A DNA stretch of 64,000 nucleotides from the human T2T-CHM13v2.0 reference genome, Homo sapiens. Below, piece after piece: positions 50,308 through 63,720 of this stretch. The notes below the pieces were generated by a model. It did not search any database. It saw nothing but the letters and a program-made list of their open reading frames with translations, and had not been told where the DNA came from. Position 1 is the stretch's first letter; the number at the start of each line of letters is the position of its first letter. The position numbers and the translations under genes are program-made. The stretch is taken from NCBI RefSeq assembly GCF_009914755.1, contig NC_060947.1; one strand, given 5' to 3'.

Positions 50308-52459
50308 AGAAAAGAATTGTTTATATTCACTAATTACGAAATGTAACAAAAATCTAGAGTGCATCTAGATTTTTGAGACACTCAATAACTTTACTTTAAA
50401 ATTAATATGAAATAAAATTCTGCAAATAGCTATATCACCTTTGGAAAAGAAGAACAAAGAGGGGAGTTATCCACTGAGATATTAAGACTTACTGCAAAGC
50501 CATAGCAAGAAAAATATGTCGTGGTACTGGCACAAGAAGAAATAGACCCATGGAATGGAACAGAGAACTCAGAGAGAGCACTTGTATATGTGGGAATTTA
50601 ATATGATAAAAATAACACCAGAAATCAATGGGAAAAGGATGGGCTGTTTAGCAGATGGTATTAAGAACACTAACTCACTAAATGAAGAAAAATAAAATGG
50701 GGACCCTACTTAATACCATGTTCAAAGTGGACTCCAGACGCATGAAAGATGTGAATGTGAAAGATAAAGCTATAAAGTTAATAGAAGATAACGCTGGAGA
50801 TTTCTGTGTGGCTAAAAGGAATGGGACATCTTAAATTCAACTCCAAAACAAACAAAAAGATGAATTTGATTATATAAAAACTAAGGATTTCTGTTCAATG
50901 GGGAAAATATGGACAAAGTAAACAGTCAGTTGATAGACTGGGAGAAAATAAAACTCCTGCAAATAAATAAGAAAAAACTACTACAGTAGAAAAACAGGCA
51001 AAAGAAAAAGAAATAACAATTCACAGAAGAGGAAAAAAAAGACTATATCCAGTATATGAGGATACACTCTTAGTCATTAGTAATCAGAGAAATGCAAACT
51101 AAAGCCAGGCATATCATTTTGCACCTATCTAAGGTTAGCAAGCATTAGAAAGGTGGATCACATCAAGCTTGTGGGAAAATAGGAATTATTATACGTTGCT
51201 GAAGGGAATGTGGAGTGTAGACTTGTGACCATTCTAGTGAACAATCTGGCAACATTTAGCTAGATTGTAAATTAATAATCTGTATACATTGTATCTCAGC
51301 AATTCCATTTCTAGTTAGGTATCCCAGAGACATTCTCATAGAGGTCTGTGGGGTAATAGTGGAAGATGCCCATCACAACATTATTTGTACTAGTAGGCGG
51401 AGGGGGCATCCAGATGTGCAGCACCAGGGACTGAGTAAGTAAAATGTCAGGGGTGCAACTCATGGAATACTGTGCAGTGATTGTAAGTGTCTGACTAGTT
51501 GTACACAGTCACACAGATATCTTGAAAATATAGTGTTGAGTGGGAAAAAATTAAGGAGGGAATATGAATGAGCATGGACACTAAGACTAAAGGAATAAAA
51601 AAATCACAAGAGCTGGGCTTTGCATGGACCAATGATGACAGCATGCCATGAACACAGGAATATAATTAACTCAATCCTCCCCCACCAATGTCCTTAGCTG
51701 AATGCCTACTGACAACTTCTCTCAGCCCCACTGCCTCTGACTTTTTTCCTCTGCTGAGCTTCTATGGGAAAATTCTCCTTGAAAGGTCTGTGCTTTTGCT
51801 GGGATTGGAAAGGGTTATAATTTCCTAGGCTTCTCAGCTCTTTTGGGTATCACCGTCAGTCTGATCCAATTGAATTTATAGCTACCAGATATTTCTTTCT
51901 TTTTGGATCTATTGCTGACACCCATCGCTGACTCCCAACAGACTGTGGAATGATTATTTTGATATTTCTTCTTCAGTGGTTTTTGTAAGGAGAGGTAAAT
52001 GTCTGTGTTCACTCACTCAATTATCTTGAATCAGAAGTCTGAAAGATTTATTATTTACTTTTTAATTTTGTGCTTCAACACTCCTAATCTAAATTTCAAA
52101 CCCAGGGTTGTTGAAATAGCTTTCTTAAATACTTTAAGCCTCACTTCTGAGAAAATTGCTTTAAACTCAGAACTCCAACAAGTTTAGACAGATCGACTAT
52201 TTGTGAGTTTTCACTATGCCCTCATGGTTAACATCCTAGGTGCAAATTTGGGAACCTAAGCTATCTTTAAAATGTTTCAGTACTTGAAGTGAAGTTAAAT
52301 TCATAAATCAATAAAGAAAAAATGCACAGTAACTGTGATTTATTTATGCATAGATGCTAATTTTGACACATCTTATACTTTTTTTAATTTCAAGAATTTT
52401 CTGCATTTGATTATTTTAATCTTATTGCTACTGTGCTTGTAAATTTAGTTTTTATAAAC

Positions 52460-55400
52460 TAACTTTTAAATTAAAATATAACATTTTAAAAGGTGCACAA
52501 ATTATAAGTACACAGCTCAATGAATTTTTAGAGTAAACAGACACGTACAATCACCAACTAGGTCAAGAAATAGAACTTTACTAACACCCTAGAAGAATGG
52601 AATCAAGTAATACATGTTCTTTTGTGTCTGGTTTCTTTCATTCAACATTATGTTTGTGAGATTCATCCATGTCACTGTGTGTAGGTGTAGCTAATTAGTT
52701 TTCTCTTGCTATATAGAATTTCACTATAAGCAATGTGCTGTAATTTGTCTATCCTTATAACATTAATGAATATTTGGGTTATTTCTAGTGTTTTGTTATT
52801 AAAAAATGTGCCATTATAAATATTATTCTGTACTTTTAAAATTAATATTATTTTTAATTGGCAAATTATAACTGTACACATTTATGGAGTAATATATACA
52901 ATGTAGAATGATTAAATCAAGTTAATTAACATATCCATTACTTCACTAACTTATTTTTTGTGGTGAGACTTTTCAAACATACTCTTTTAGCTACTGTGAA
53001 ATATATGGCTCATTATTATTGTCTATAGTCACCCCACTGTGCCATAGATCTAAAACTTATTCCTCCTGTCTAACTTAAACTTTGTACCCTTTGAGCAACA
53101 ATTCCCCATTCCCTCTCTACCCCAACCCCTCTCACCCCCAGCCTCTGATAACCACCATTCTACTTTGTACTTCTATGAGTTAGACTTTTAAAATATTCTT
53201 GACATGTCTTCTGGTGCACATATGTACTCACTTCTGTTGGTTATGTACCCAAGAGTGGAATTTATGGGTTATAGAGAATGCATATGTTCAGTTTTAGTAG
53301 ATGTAGTTTCCCAAAGGGATTGTATCAATTTACAGTCTCACTAGCAGTGTATGAGCAGTTCAGTTTCTCCATATCCATGCCAATACTTGATATTGTTAGT
53401 CATTTTATTGAGTGTTTTGTTGTATCCCATTGTGGTTTTAATTTGCATTTTCTGTTGACTAATACAATTGAGTACACTTTTACATTTTTATGTTAATTAT
53501 TTGACTATATACTTTTTTGAAATGAGTATTCAAGTCATTTGGTCCATATTTTCCATTATATTTTTTTCTCTTATGAATTTGTAGAAATCTCTTTCTTTTC
53601 TTCTCTCACTTTCTTTCTTGTTTTTTTTTTTTTTTGTCTTCTAAAAATATGCTTTGGGTATTAATCCTTTGCCATTTGTATGTGTTGAAAAATATTTTCT
53701 CCTGGTGTGTGGATTTCTTTTCACTCTTTTAATGACGTAGAAATTCTTAATTTTAATGTAGTTCATTGTATGGGTAGTGGTTTTTTTGGTTATGTTTAAG
53801 AAATTTTTTTCTATTCCAATGTCATGAAGATATTTTTCTATGTTACTTTCTGGAAGGTTTATTGTTTTATCTTTCACATTTAAAATTACAATCCATTTGA
53901 AATTGTCTTGTTTTGTGTGAGGTAAGAGTCAAGTTTTTCCCTCCCTCTCTCTCTCCATCCTTTTTTCCCTTCCTTTCCCCCTTCCCTTCTCCTTCCCCTT
54001 CCCTTCTCCTTCCCCTTCCCTTCTCCTTTCCTTCCCTTCTCCTTCTCCTTCCCTTCTCCTTTCCTTCCCTTCTCCTTCTCCTTCCCTTGTCCTTCTCCTT
54101 CCCTTCCCTTTCCCTTCCTTCCCCTCCTTTCCTCTTCCCCTTTCTTCCCTTCTCCTTCCCTTCTATTTCTCTTCCTTCCCCTTCCCTTCCTCTTCCCCTT
54201 TCTTCCCTTCCGTTTCCCTCCCTTCCTTCCCTCCCTCACTTTTCCTCCTTTTTTCCTTCCCTTCCCCTTCCTTTTTCTCTTCCCTTCCCTTTCTCTTTTC
54301 CTCTCCTCCCTCCCTCCCTCCCTTCCTTCCTTCCTTCCTTCCTTCCTTCCCTTTTCTTCCTTCTTCCTCCCCTTTCTTAATTTGGATATTCTGTTGACCT
54401 GGAATCATTTATAAGAATACTATTCCATCCCCATTTCTTTGCATGTAGCTTTGTCATAAATGAAGATGTGTGAGTCTATTATGCCCATTAGCTTTTTTTG
54501 TCCATACTTGTATATAGCAAACTGTCATAATTGCTGTAACTTTATGATACATCTTGACATTCATTAGCATATATTTTTCCATTTTGTTCTTCTTTAACAT
54601 TGTCTTGTCTATTGTTAGCCCTTTGTATTTCTATATAATTTTATAATTTTCTTGTCAATTTCTACAATAAGTCCTATTGGAATTTTGGATTGGAATTGCA
54701 TTGAACTATAGTTTAATTTGTTAGGAGATTGATATTTTTATAATATTGACTCTTTCAATCCTTGAATATAATTTATCTTCCACTTATTTAGCTCTCCCTT
54801 AATTTCCCTGGGAAAAATGTTGTAGTTTTCTATGTAGAAGGCTTGCACATCTATTATATTTATTTCTAGTCATTTGATGCTATTGTGAATCATATCTTTT
54901 AATATTTCATTTTCTTATTGCTTATTGTTGGAAATAATATTAGCTATTGTACATGAATCTTGTATCCAGTGACTTGCTAAATTCAGTTATTAAATCTAAT
55001 ATTTTCATTTATAGATGTTTTTGTTTTTTTTCTAGATACAGGGTCATCTTCTCTTCAATTAAGTACAGTTTTGTCACTTCCTTTACAATTCTAATTTTAT
55101 TTTTTCTTGCCTTCTTGCACTGGCTAAGATTTCTAGTACAAAGCTGAATTGAAACAGTAACAGCAAGAAACTTTATCTTGTTCCTAATCCTATGGGAAAC
55201 TTTCAATATTTATTAAGAATGATATGTTTGGCAAGCTTTTGGTAGTTACATTAATAGGATTAATCAAGGTCTCTTATATTTCTTGTTTGCTCAGTTTTGT
55301 TTTGTCTTTTAATCATGTGGAAAGTTTGCATTTTTTCAAATGCTTTTTTAGTGTGCATCATTTGAGATGATTGTATGATTTTTTTTTCCTTTTTCTGCTA

Positions 55401-55599
55401 ATGTGGTAAATTATATGGACTGATTTTTTAATATTAATACAACTTTGCATTCCTGGAATAAATACAACATTTCATCATATACAATCCTTTGTACATGCTG
55501 CTTGATTTATTTTGTTATAATTTTATTTAGAATTGTTGCATTTATCTATAGAAGATAGATTAAACTACCATTTTTCCCTTAAAGAAAGTCCTCATCAGG
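52460..55599 (-). mobile_element. Old L1 (L1MB-ME) 3'UTR+ORF2 with a nested L1MA 3' end (~52845-53190)
   Basis: aagtacacagctcaatgaattttt; cattgtggttttaatttgcatttt; ggaattgcattgaa. Nested element: gaatgattaaatcaagttaattaacatatcc. Confidence 0.8.
53935..54378. repeat. ~440-bp polypyrimidine/polypurine tract ((CCCTT)n, (CCTT)n)
   Basis: Almost purine-free on the + strand. Confidence 0.95.
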
Positions 55600-57060
55600 T
55601 GCTATGGTTTGAATGTGTGTTTCCCTCCAAATTCATACGTTGGAACCTAATACCCAATGTGCCTTTTGGGAAGTAATTAAATCATGTGTGCTCCACCCTC
55701 ATGAATGGGATTAATACTCTTATAAAAGGGCTTGAAAGAGCAAGTTTGGTCCTTTTATTTCCACCATGTGAGGTTGAAGTAGGAGCCATTTTAGAAGGAG
55801 AGAACATCCTCTATCAGTCACTACATTTGCTGATGGCTTTCTTGGACTTCCCAGCTTCCAGAACCATGAAATAAATTTCTGTGCTTTACAAATTACCTAG
55901 TTAGTCTCAGGTATTTTGTTATAGCAGCACAAATGGATTAAGACAGAGATTGGTACTGAAAAGCTGGGTGTTGCTATAACAAATACCTAAAATGTGGAAG
56001 CAACTTCGGAACTGGATAATAGGTAAAGGCTGGAAGTGTTTGGAGGTGCATACTGGAAAAATCTTGATTTCTGTGAATGGAGCATTAAGGGTGATTCTGG
56101 TGAAGACTCAGAAGAAGAGAGCTGTAGGGAGAGCCAGAGCCTAAATCCTCTTAGAGATTATCTATGTAGTTGTGAACAGATTGTTGGTAGAAATATGGAC
56201 AGTAAAGGCAATTCTGATAAGGTCTCAGATAGGAATAAGGAACAACGTACCATTGTTAGGTAATATAAACAGGAGGAAAGACCATCCTTGTTAGAAAATG
56301 GCAAAGAACTTGGCTAATTGTGTCCATGTCCTAGTGTTTCATAAAAAGCAGAATTGAAGAGCAATAAATTAGGATATTTGGCAAAAGAAATCGCTAAGCA
56401 AAGTGTTAAGGGTGCAGCATTGCTTCTCTTGAAGGCTTATAGTAAAATGTGTGAAGAAAGAAATGAATTAAAGACAGAATTTATAACCAAAAGGGAAGCA
56501 GAACTTACTGAGTTGGAAAATTCTCAGCCTGGGCATGTTGTAAAGAAAGAAAAGGCATGTCTTGGAAAGAAAACGAGAGGTGTGGCCAAGGGAATGTTTG
56601 ATAAGGAGATTGATATGGATAGAAGGAAGCCAGATGCTATTCATTAATACAATGGAAGAACAATCCAGAAAGCATTTAGAGATCTTTGAGGCTGCCACTT
56701 CCATTATAGGCCCAGAGTGTCAGGGCCTTAAAGATAGAAGGATTTAAAGGAAAGGGCCCTGAGCGCTGGAGGGGCCCAGGGCACTTGTGGGACCTTGGAG
56801 CTCACTGCCTAGGTTCACTTCAAGTTTCCGTTCCACACATTCTGGCACAGTGCTCCCCAGCTGCCCTAGTTGTGACTCAAGCTGGCCCAGGTGCATCTCA
56901 GGCTGCCCTTCCAGAAGCCAGAAGGGGTAATCCTTGGTGGCGTCGACAAGATGCTAACTCTGCAAGTGCACAGAGTGTAAGAGCCGTGGGACCATGGCTA
57001 CCTCTACCTAGATTTCAAAGGTTGCCCTGCAGAGCTTCAGAAGCCCAGGGAGAGAACTGC
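55600..57060 (+). mobile_element. MST-family (C/D-like) MaLR: 5' LTR 55600-55945 plus 3'-truncated internal region
   Basis: tgctatggtttgaatgtg...gttatagcagcacaaatggattaagaca, then gagattggtac...aaatgtggaagcaactt, homologous to THE1-int at 36507 onward. No 3' LTR. Confidence 0.85.
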
Positions 57061-57064
57061 TACA

Positions 57065-58530
57065 TCAGATATCAAGGTTATGCTGGCCCCTTAAAAATAT
57101 ATGGGTATAAAGTTGTTATATTTTCTTATTACAATTTTAAAGATTGTGAGATCTGTAGTGACATCCCACTTTTAATTCCTTATATTGGGTATTCATGCTC
57201 TTTGTTTTCTTTATCAGCCTTGGTAGAGGTTTATGCATTATTTTTAGTATCTTAAATGACAAACTTTTTGTTTTTGATCATGATATTGAATAGGTGCCTG
57301 TAGCCTCTGTTTCTCCTGCTGTTTCTGTTTCTCTGACTGCCACTGCAGTATTGTCTCAGGGCTGGAGGGTGTGACAATAGAGAAAACAAGAAAAATGGGG
57401 AATTTCTTCTTTCTTGTATAGTGCTATGAATAGCTTCCTCTCATTAAGCCAGAATCTAAGGGATTCTCCTAGAGCTCATTCTGTCCATTCTTGGGTGCCT
57501 ACTTCCTGGTTTCAGGTTGACTTGAGACCTCAGGAAGGGATAGCAGAGGGCAAAAAAGGGAGAACTCACTGCTGGTTCAGTGGTACTTTAAACTCTGATC
57601 TTTTTCCCCCATCCATCTCCCAAAATTTACTTTTCAGAGTCCTCAAATAGCTGCTGAATGCATTCTGTCCAGATTATATAGCTTCATTGAGAGAAAAAGA
57701 CAGGATGGAGTGTGCTGACTTTATCTCACCCAGAACCAGAAGTGCATAAGTCTCTTTTCTGTAGTTTCCAGTTCCCTGTCAAAATTCGCAACTCGTGGTT
57801 TAATTTTTGAACATATTATTATGACCATTTTAAAGTCTGTGTCTGTTAACTCCCTTCAGTGGATTTCTTATGGGTCCTTTTGCTATTGTCTTTTTTGTAA
57901 AATCTTGAGTTTCAGTTACATTTTATCTTCTCAAATGCCTGATTATTTTTGATTGAGTGCCAGATATTTGCATTAAATTTTTACAGTTGTTTTGATGCAA
58001 CTCTAGAAAGTAATGCAAACTTTCTAGAGAGAGGATTAATTTTTGCATTTGTTAGACAGCTAGGCATGGGGATAATCACTTTTATCTGGTCAGGAATTGA
58101 GTTGACTTAAAGCTGGGTTTTAATCCTTTTGAGGGCTGTTATATTTCTAGTTAATCCTTCCTCCTAGAGTGCACCCCTTTGTGGTCCTGACTGAGGTATT
58201 TACCAGGGCTTCTTTTCTTTGGCAGTCTGAAGTCAATTTTTTGTCCTCTTGTGCATTGTTATGGTTAGCTTTTCAGCCTCTCCACTGCTGCTTTCACTTT
58301 TTAAATTGGCAATTGCCTCAATGGTAAAAGTATTCCCAAGTGCCTGTCTCAAATCTCTTGGTTTCCATTTCCTTCTGGATCTCGACTCTGCAAATTTTCA
58401 ATGCCTTAGTAGTTCTGTAATTCATTCAAACTAGGGTTTTTTATGTTCCCACCTCCTCACCCTGCAGCCTTTCTAATTGTTCTCAGCAGGATTATTGGTC
58501 TGAAACAACCTAGTCAGCTATTGTCCCAGA
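57065..58530 (-). mobile_element. Ancient L1 ORF2 and 5'-end fragments
   Basis: atcaaggttatgctggcc continues the host L1; 57360-57745 ends acccagaaccagaagt, like an L1M 5' terminus. Confidence 0.55.
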
Positions 58531-58539
58531 GGGAATTTT

Positions 58540-58985
58540 TAGAGGTAAAAATCTGATCATGTCACTTCTCTCCTCAGAAACCTTTAATATGTCCTAGTTT
58601 CTACCCTACTCCTACTTTGATGTTGCATTTTTTTTCTGAATGATACAATTTTATGCTTCTATGACTTTGCCTATAGTTTGTCCTCTACGTAGGGTTCTCA
58701 TCTCTTCTCTGCCTCAAACATTAAGTATCTTTCTTCATAACCCATGTTATATTTTATCCCCTTTGTTAGACTCTCTTTTGTGTTTGGCCTGTGTATTACA
58801 CACATGCTATTCTAGTCGTAACTCTCATACAGCCTTGTAGTTACTTGTCTACATGTCTGTCTTCCTCACTAGAATGTGAGCTCTTTTGTGGCTCAGACCA
58901 TATATTACTCGTCTTTTTATTTCTGAGTGCCAAATGTAGTATTTATCGCCATAGACATTTCGAATAAATGTGTTTGGACTGAAAT
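58540..58985 (+). mobile_element. L2 3' end
   Basis: aaatctgatcatgtcacttctct; tcttcctcactagaatgtgagctc...aataaatgtgttt. Confidence 0.8.
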
Positions 58986-60094
58986 GGAGTGAGCTACAAA
59001 AACATGTTCAACTGTAAGCATGGTTTGGCTCTGAGGTTACCTCCCAGTCTGTCTTATCTCAAGGACTGGTGAAGGCCTTACCTAGGAATGACCAATTGAA
59101 ATGTCTCAGGCTTCTTCCTTGTCTAGTTGGTTACCTTCTTTTATAGTACTGGTTAATTACTGTCCCTCACTATCTATTGTATCTAATGATATCACAGACT
59201 GGGCAACACTGAATAGCAGGTCTGATTTTAACTCTAACAACCTCTCAGCCTCTATCTGCACTATTCAAAATTTAAACTTTAATTGTAGAGCTCTACTTTT
59301 ATTTCTTTGTTTCAAGCCAATTTGTTCTTATTAGATTTCCCAAGTTCTTCACAAATATTCTTAGGCCATCCTGGTTATAAGCACAAAATGGACGTCTTCC
59401 AGATTGAGTGTTACCTGAAAAAGTCTTTCCTACTGTGTAGATGTAATTTTCTCTGTCCTTATCCCCAGGATCTTGTTATTAAATGTGGCCTCCTGCACCC
59501 TTTCAGCCTACAACCATCTGGGTGATTTGCTATTCCATTGTTTCATGGCATGTAAGCAATGCTGCTCTTGAAAATCTTGGATGTTCATCAAGACACTAAT
59601 AAATATTGATGTTAAAATGTGGTTTAATATTATTCTTTATTGATTCATTTATATTCTCCTAACCTTCAAAAATGGTTTGAGGGAGGCTGCATAATGTTAT
59701 AAAACAATGATCACAAAATAAAAATAATTTTCAAAATCAGAAAAGAAGAAAAACTCCAGCAAGAACTCCTTGCTGTAAGAAGCTATAGATTTCGCATACC
59801 AAATTTAGCTCTGTGCCTCCTGGTGGCTAGGGAAAAAAGAGAGAGAGAGAAAAACTCAAAAGGCTTTATAACTTGCATTTTTGCTGTTGTTGTTGTTGTT
59901 AGAGCCACTTCAGTTTCTCCAGAGAAACTAACAATATCTTTCTGGGCAGAACTGAGAGAAATTTATCACTGGATTCCTTATGCTAAGGGGATTTTTGGTA
60001 ACAGTAGAAAAATTTGTTTAAACATTTTATTAAAAATGATAGGATTTCTTCTTTTTTAGCCCTCCATGAAAACCAATATTTAGTGTTAAAATAG

Positions 60095-60400
60095 GCTGGA
60101 AACCATCATTCTCAGGAAACTATCGCAAGGACAAAAAACCAAACACCGCATGTTCTCACTCATAGGTGGGAATTAAACAATGAGAACGAGAACACATGGA
60201 CACAGGAAGGGGAACATCACACACTGGGGCCTGTTGTGGGGTGGGGGGAGGGGGGAGGGATAGCATTAGGAGATATACCTAATGTAAATGACGAGTTAAT
60301 GGGTACAGCACACCAACATGGCACATGTATACATATGTAACAAACCTGCACGTTGTGCACATGTACCCTAAAACTTAAAGTATAATAATAATAAAAAAAA
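60095..60400 (+). mobile_element. L1PA3/4-like 3' end
   Basis: gcattaggagatatacctaatgtaaatgacgagttaatggg; G-rich tract ~60237-60259; A-tail; 6-nt duplication gagaacgagaac. Confidence 0.9.
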
Positions 60401-60862
60401 TTGTTCTATATAGATAGCTCTAGATTTGGAGGAAGGTAGGCCAAGCATGTATGTTTCCAATGATTTAGCATAACCCAAGGATGGAACTCAAAGAATTTTG
60501 AGAAAGGCCTGTTGACATCTTTCAGTCCATTAGTTTCTAATCCCAGCTAAATCAGCTGAGTTTTTTAAAAAAGTTACAAATGTTACAAATATCCATTGTT
60601 GGAAAAAGTGATATAAATATTTACATAGGTGATCAATTTCCTTCTATTGGCATGAAAGTGAATGATGTTAGATATGGTTTGGATTGCTATTGTGCTTTCT
60701 GTAGGGTTTGAATTAACATTAACAACAACCATCAGCACGAACAACTAGGCAGATGGCACTGTGACAGATGCTGAAGATGGGGAAGTGAACAGGACATTTG
60801 GAGCCTACAGTCCTGTAGTTAAATACAAGAACATATATGGATATTAAAAAGAATGTATAGGG

Positions 60863-61346
60863 TACTAGTTTCCTATTGACACTGTAACAAATTGCTACAA
60901 ACTTGGTGACTTCAAACAACACAAATTTATCATCTTACAGTTCTGGAGGTCAGAAGACCAAAATAGTTCTCAGTAGGCTAAAGTCAAGGAGATAGCAGGG
61001 CTGCATTCCTTCTGGAGGCTCTAGGGATAAATCTATCTCCTTGCCTTTTCCAGCTTCCAGAGGCTTCCCACATGTTTTTTACTTGTGGCCCCTTACAGTA
61101 TTGTATTGCTCTGACTTCTGCTTCTGTCATCATGTCTCCTTCTCTGATGGACTCTATTTCCTCCCTCTCATAGAAGAATCCTTACATGAGAGGATTCTTA
61201 TATGGGCTTACCTGGATAATCCAAGATAATCCTTAATTGGTCACACATCTCAAAGTCACTTTTACCATTAAGGTAACACATTCACAGTTTCCAGGGATTA
61301 AGACATGAACTTTTATCTTGGGGGTGGGTATTATTCTGCCTACTAT
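60863..61346 (-). mobile_element. MLT1B/C-like solo LTR
   Basis: ctgtaacaaattgctacaaacttggtgacttcaaacaacacaaatttat...cagttctggaggtcagaag...ttattctgcctacta. Confidence 0.85.
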
Positions 61347-61374
61347 GTATTATAAGCATACAAAAGTGGGCATG

Positions 61375-61545
61375 GCCTTTATAAATGTAGGTCAGGTTAT
61401 TTAAACTCTAATTTTCAAAATTTTCATCTCTAAAATGGGACAACAATGGCCCCTTAAAAAGATAGTTAAGAAGCTTAAATAAAGTGTGAACACTTTTGTC
61501 ACTATAGTGGGCACACAGTAGGTACTCAGTAAATACTAGTTAAAT
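61375..61545 (+). mobile_element. MIR
   Basis: ttttcatctctaaaatgggacaacaat...ggcacacagtaggtactcagtaaat. Confidence 0.75.
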
Positions 61546-62519
61546 GAGAATTTAAATCTAATACCTAATACCTGTATACTGCAGAAAGTTTGAATCCAAC
61601 TTGTCAAACTCTTTGGACAGAGAAAAAGTTTTTATTCTTCTTTTAGGTTGGTGTACATTTTCAAGATAAAATAGAAAATGTGGCTCCAGATAATACTAGC
61701 TTTGTGTCCCTTATTTGAGAACTAATCATATGGTGAAACATCACATGCTTTGGCATTATCTTCCATAAAGCATAAGGGAGAAAACTTAAAAATAGAAAAA
61801 TAGAAAATCTCAACAATTATTCTGCTAGAAACGACTTGTAACTATTTAGCACCTTATTTTTATTTCTGGAACACTTTCCATTTGAAGAGATCAGATTGCT
61901 TGGGACATGTTAGCTAATTCTTATGGTACCAGCTGTATCTGGTGCAATGAGGGGGTAGGTACTAGCAACGAAGAGAAAAGGGGGAAATGGGGCAGGTGTG
62001 ACAAGCTAGGGTTTGTGTTTGGAAGCAGTTCTTGGCAAAGGTGAACATATTTTTAGGTAATCTTTTCTTTTTCCTGTGAAAGTCTGTAATACTCTAAAAT
62101 TTGCTCCATTCTTACAGCCTAGAAATAGAACCCTGGAAATAGAATGACTGCACTTTGGTGGTTATTGTGGGCTGGAAAGTGAAAGCCAAGAGTGGTGGTT
62201 CTGAAACTTTTACTTTGTAATTTCTATCCATCATTCTCTCTGGCTCTTCTGAGGCCCAGTGGCACATAGCAACAATTTTCTGCTTCTTTCCACTTTTTTT
62301 CTGATGTCCCTCCCCCATGTCAAAATAGCTCTCTTTAGACTAATTTGGACCCACCACTGCCTACAGCAGTTCAGAGTTTTATTGTGCTGCTTTCCTCTCT
62401 CATGAGATCTCAGCAGATTTCAAACCTTGGTCAGAAGACAGTACTGGTGGATGATTCAGGTGGCAAAGGAGGCCCATTTCCTCCATTCTTATTGTCTACA
62501 AATTGCTACTTTTGCTACT

Positions 62520-63720
62520 TTAAATCATTCATTTAAAAAATATGTATTAAGAATCATCTCAATAAGCTATTAGTGCTAGATGCTAAAGATATAGCAGTGA
62601 ACAGCAGTCTCTGCTGTCATGAACCTTGTAGTCTAGTGAAAGAGACAACTAATAAATAAGGAAACCAAATGTAAATGGGATACTTATGGTAGCCATAAAT
62701 ACAAAGAATGAAATAAAGTAATGAGATGGAATGAGATGAGCAAGTTTAGAAGAAGTGGAGTCTCGGTCTAGCAGAAGAACAGAAAGAAGGCTAGTGTGGC
62801 CAGATACATGTTCAGTTGGGGTAGAATTTTATGAGATGAGTTTAGGGAGATAGATAATTTTCAGTGATGCTAAGGAGTTTGGATTTGTTTAAAAAAAAGG
62901 GAAGTCATGAGAGAGTTTTAAACAGGACAATAACATCTGATTTATAGTTTAAAAATTACTCTGACATTCTGAGTGAAAAATAGTGTGGAAAAGAGAAAGA
63001 GTGGAAAAGGGAAATCTGCTAGGAGGTACTGATGGCGAGAGAGGATAATGCTGCAGGTCCGATGGAATCAGTGTTGATGGAGATAAATGGATACTTTTCA
63101 GATATTTTTGAGATAGAGTTGGAAGGACTTGCTGCTGGATTGGTTTTAGGGGTTGATGGAGAGAAAGAAAACTTGAGCAATACTAGGGTTTGGCTTGACC
63201 AACTAGGTGACTGACGGTGTCATCTACAGAGATGATAAAGACAGGTGGATAAATGGGTTTTGTGGAGGGAGGGAAGTATGAGTTTTGTTTCTGTCCACAG
63301 TAGTAATTTAGAGGATCTTTTAGCCAGCAGCCTACCAAGAAGAGATGTCATGTCAGCAGAAGATATAGTTTGGGAGTCATTAGACTGTCAATGGTATTTA
63401 AAACTATAGCACTGCATGAGCCCATCAGGGTAAGACAGAGAAGTCGATTCCTGAGCTTACAAACACTTAGAGATCAGTTGGAAAAGGAGGAACTAGCTAG
63501 GGAAAGTGTGATGTCACTGAAAACATGAGACGAAATTATCTTAAGAAAGAGTGATCATCTGTATTGAGCGCAGCTGACAGGACATTAAGTTTGAAGACAG
63601 AGAGGTGGCCACTGGATCTGTCAAGATGGAGGTTATTGGTAAACTCGGTAAGAGTGATTTCAGTGGTTTTGTCAGGAGAGAAGCCACATTCTGGAAGAGT
63701 GAATGGGAGAGGAAGAAATG
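62520..63720 (-). mobile_element. L2
   Basis: tcattcattt...gatatagcagtgaaca; atctgatttatagtttaaaaattactctg; gatatagtttgggagtcat; gtggccactggatctg. Confidence 0.8.

Larger units (their letters stand above)
46400..51545 (+). mobile_element. Long ancient L1M ORF2 remnant (EN to 3' end) hosting several insertions
   Basis: Collinear decayed ORF2 phrases: tatctgataaaataga, ggccacaaaggaac, gatgccaaaatccta, caacttacaaaatcaatag, tggtactggcacaagaa, agagaaatgcaaactaaa, atggaatactgtgcag. Confidence 0.75.

Noticed and set aside
53886-54408. 117-155 aa ORFs rich in G/K/R/E or P/F/S/L
   Set aside because: Translations of the CT-rich simple repeat; stop-free only because of base composition.
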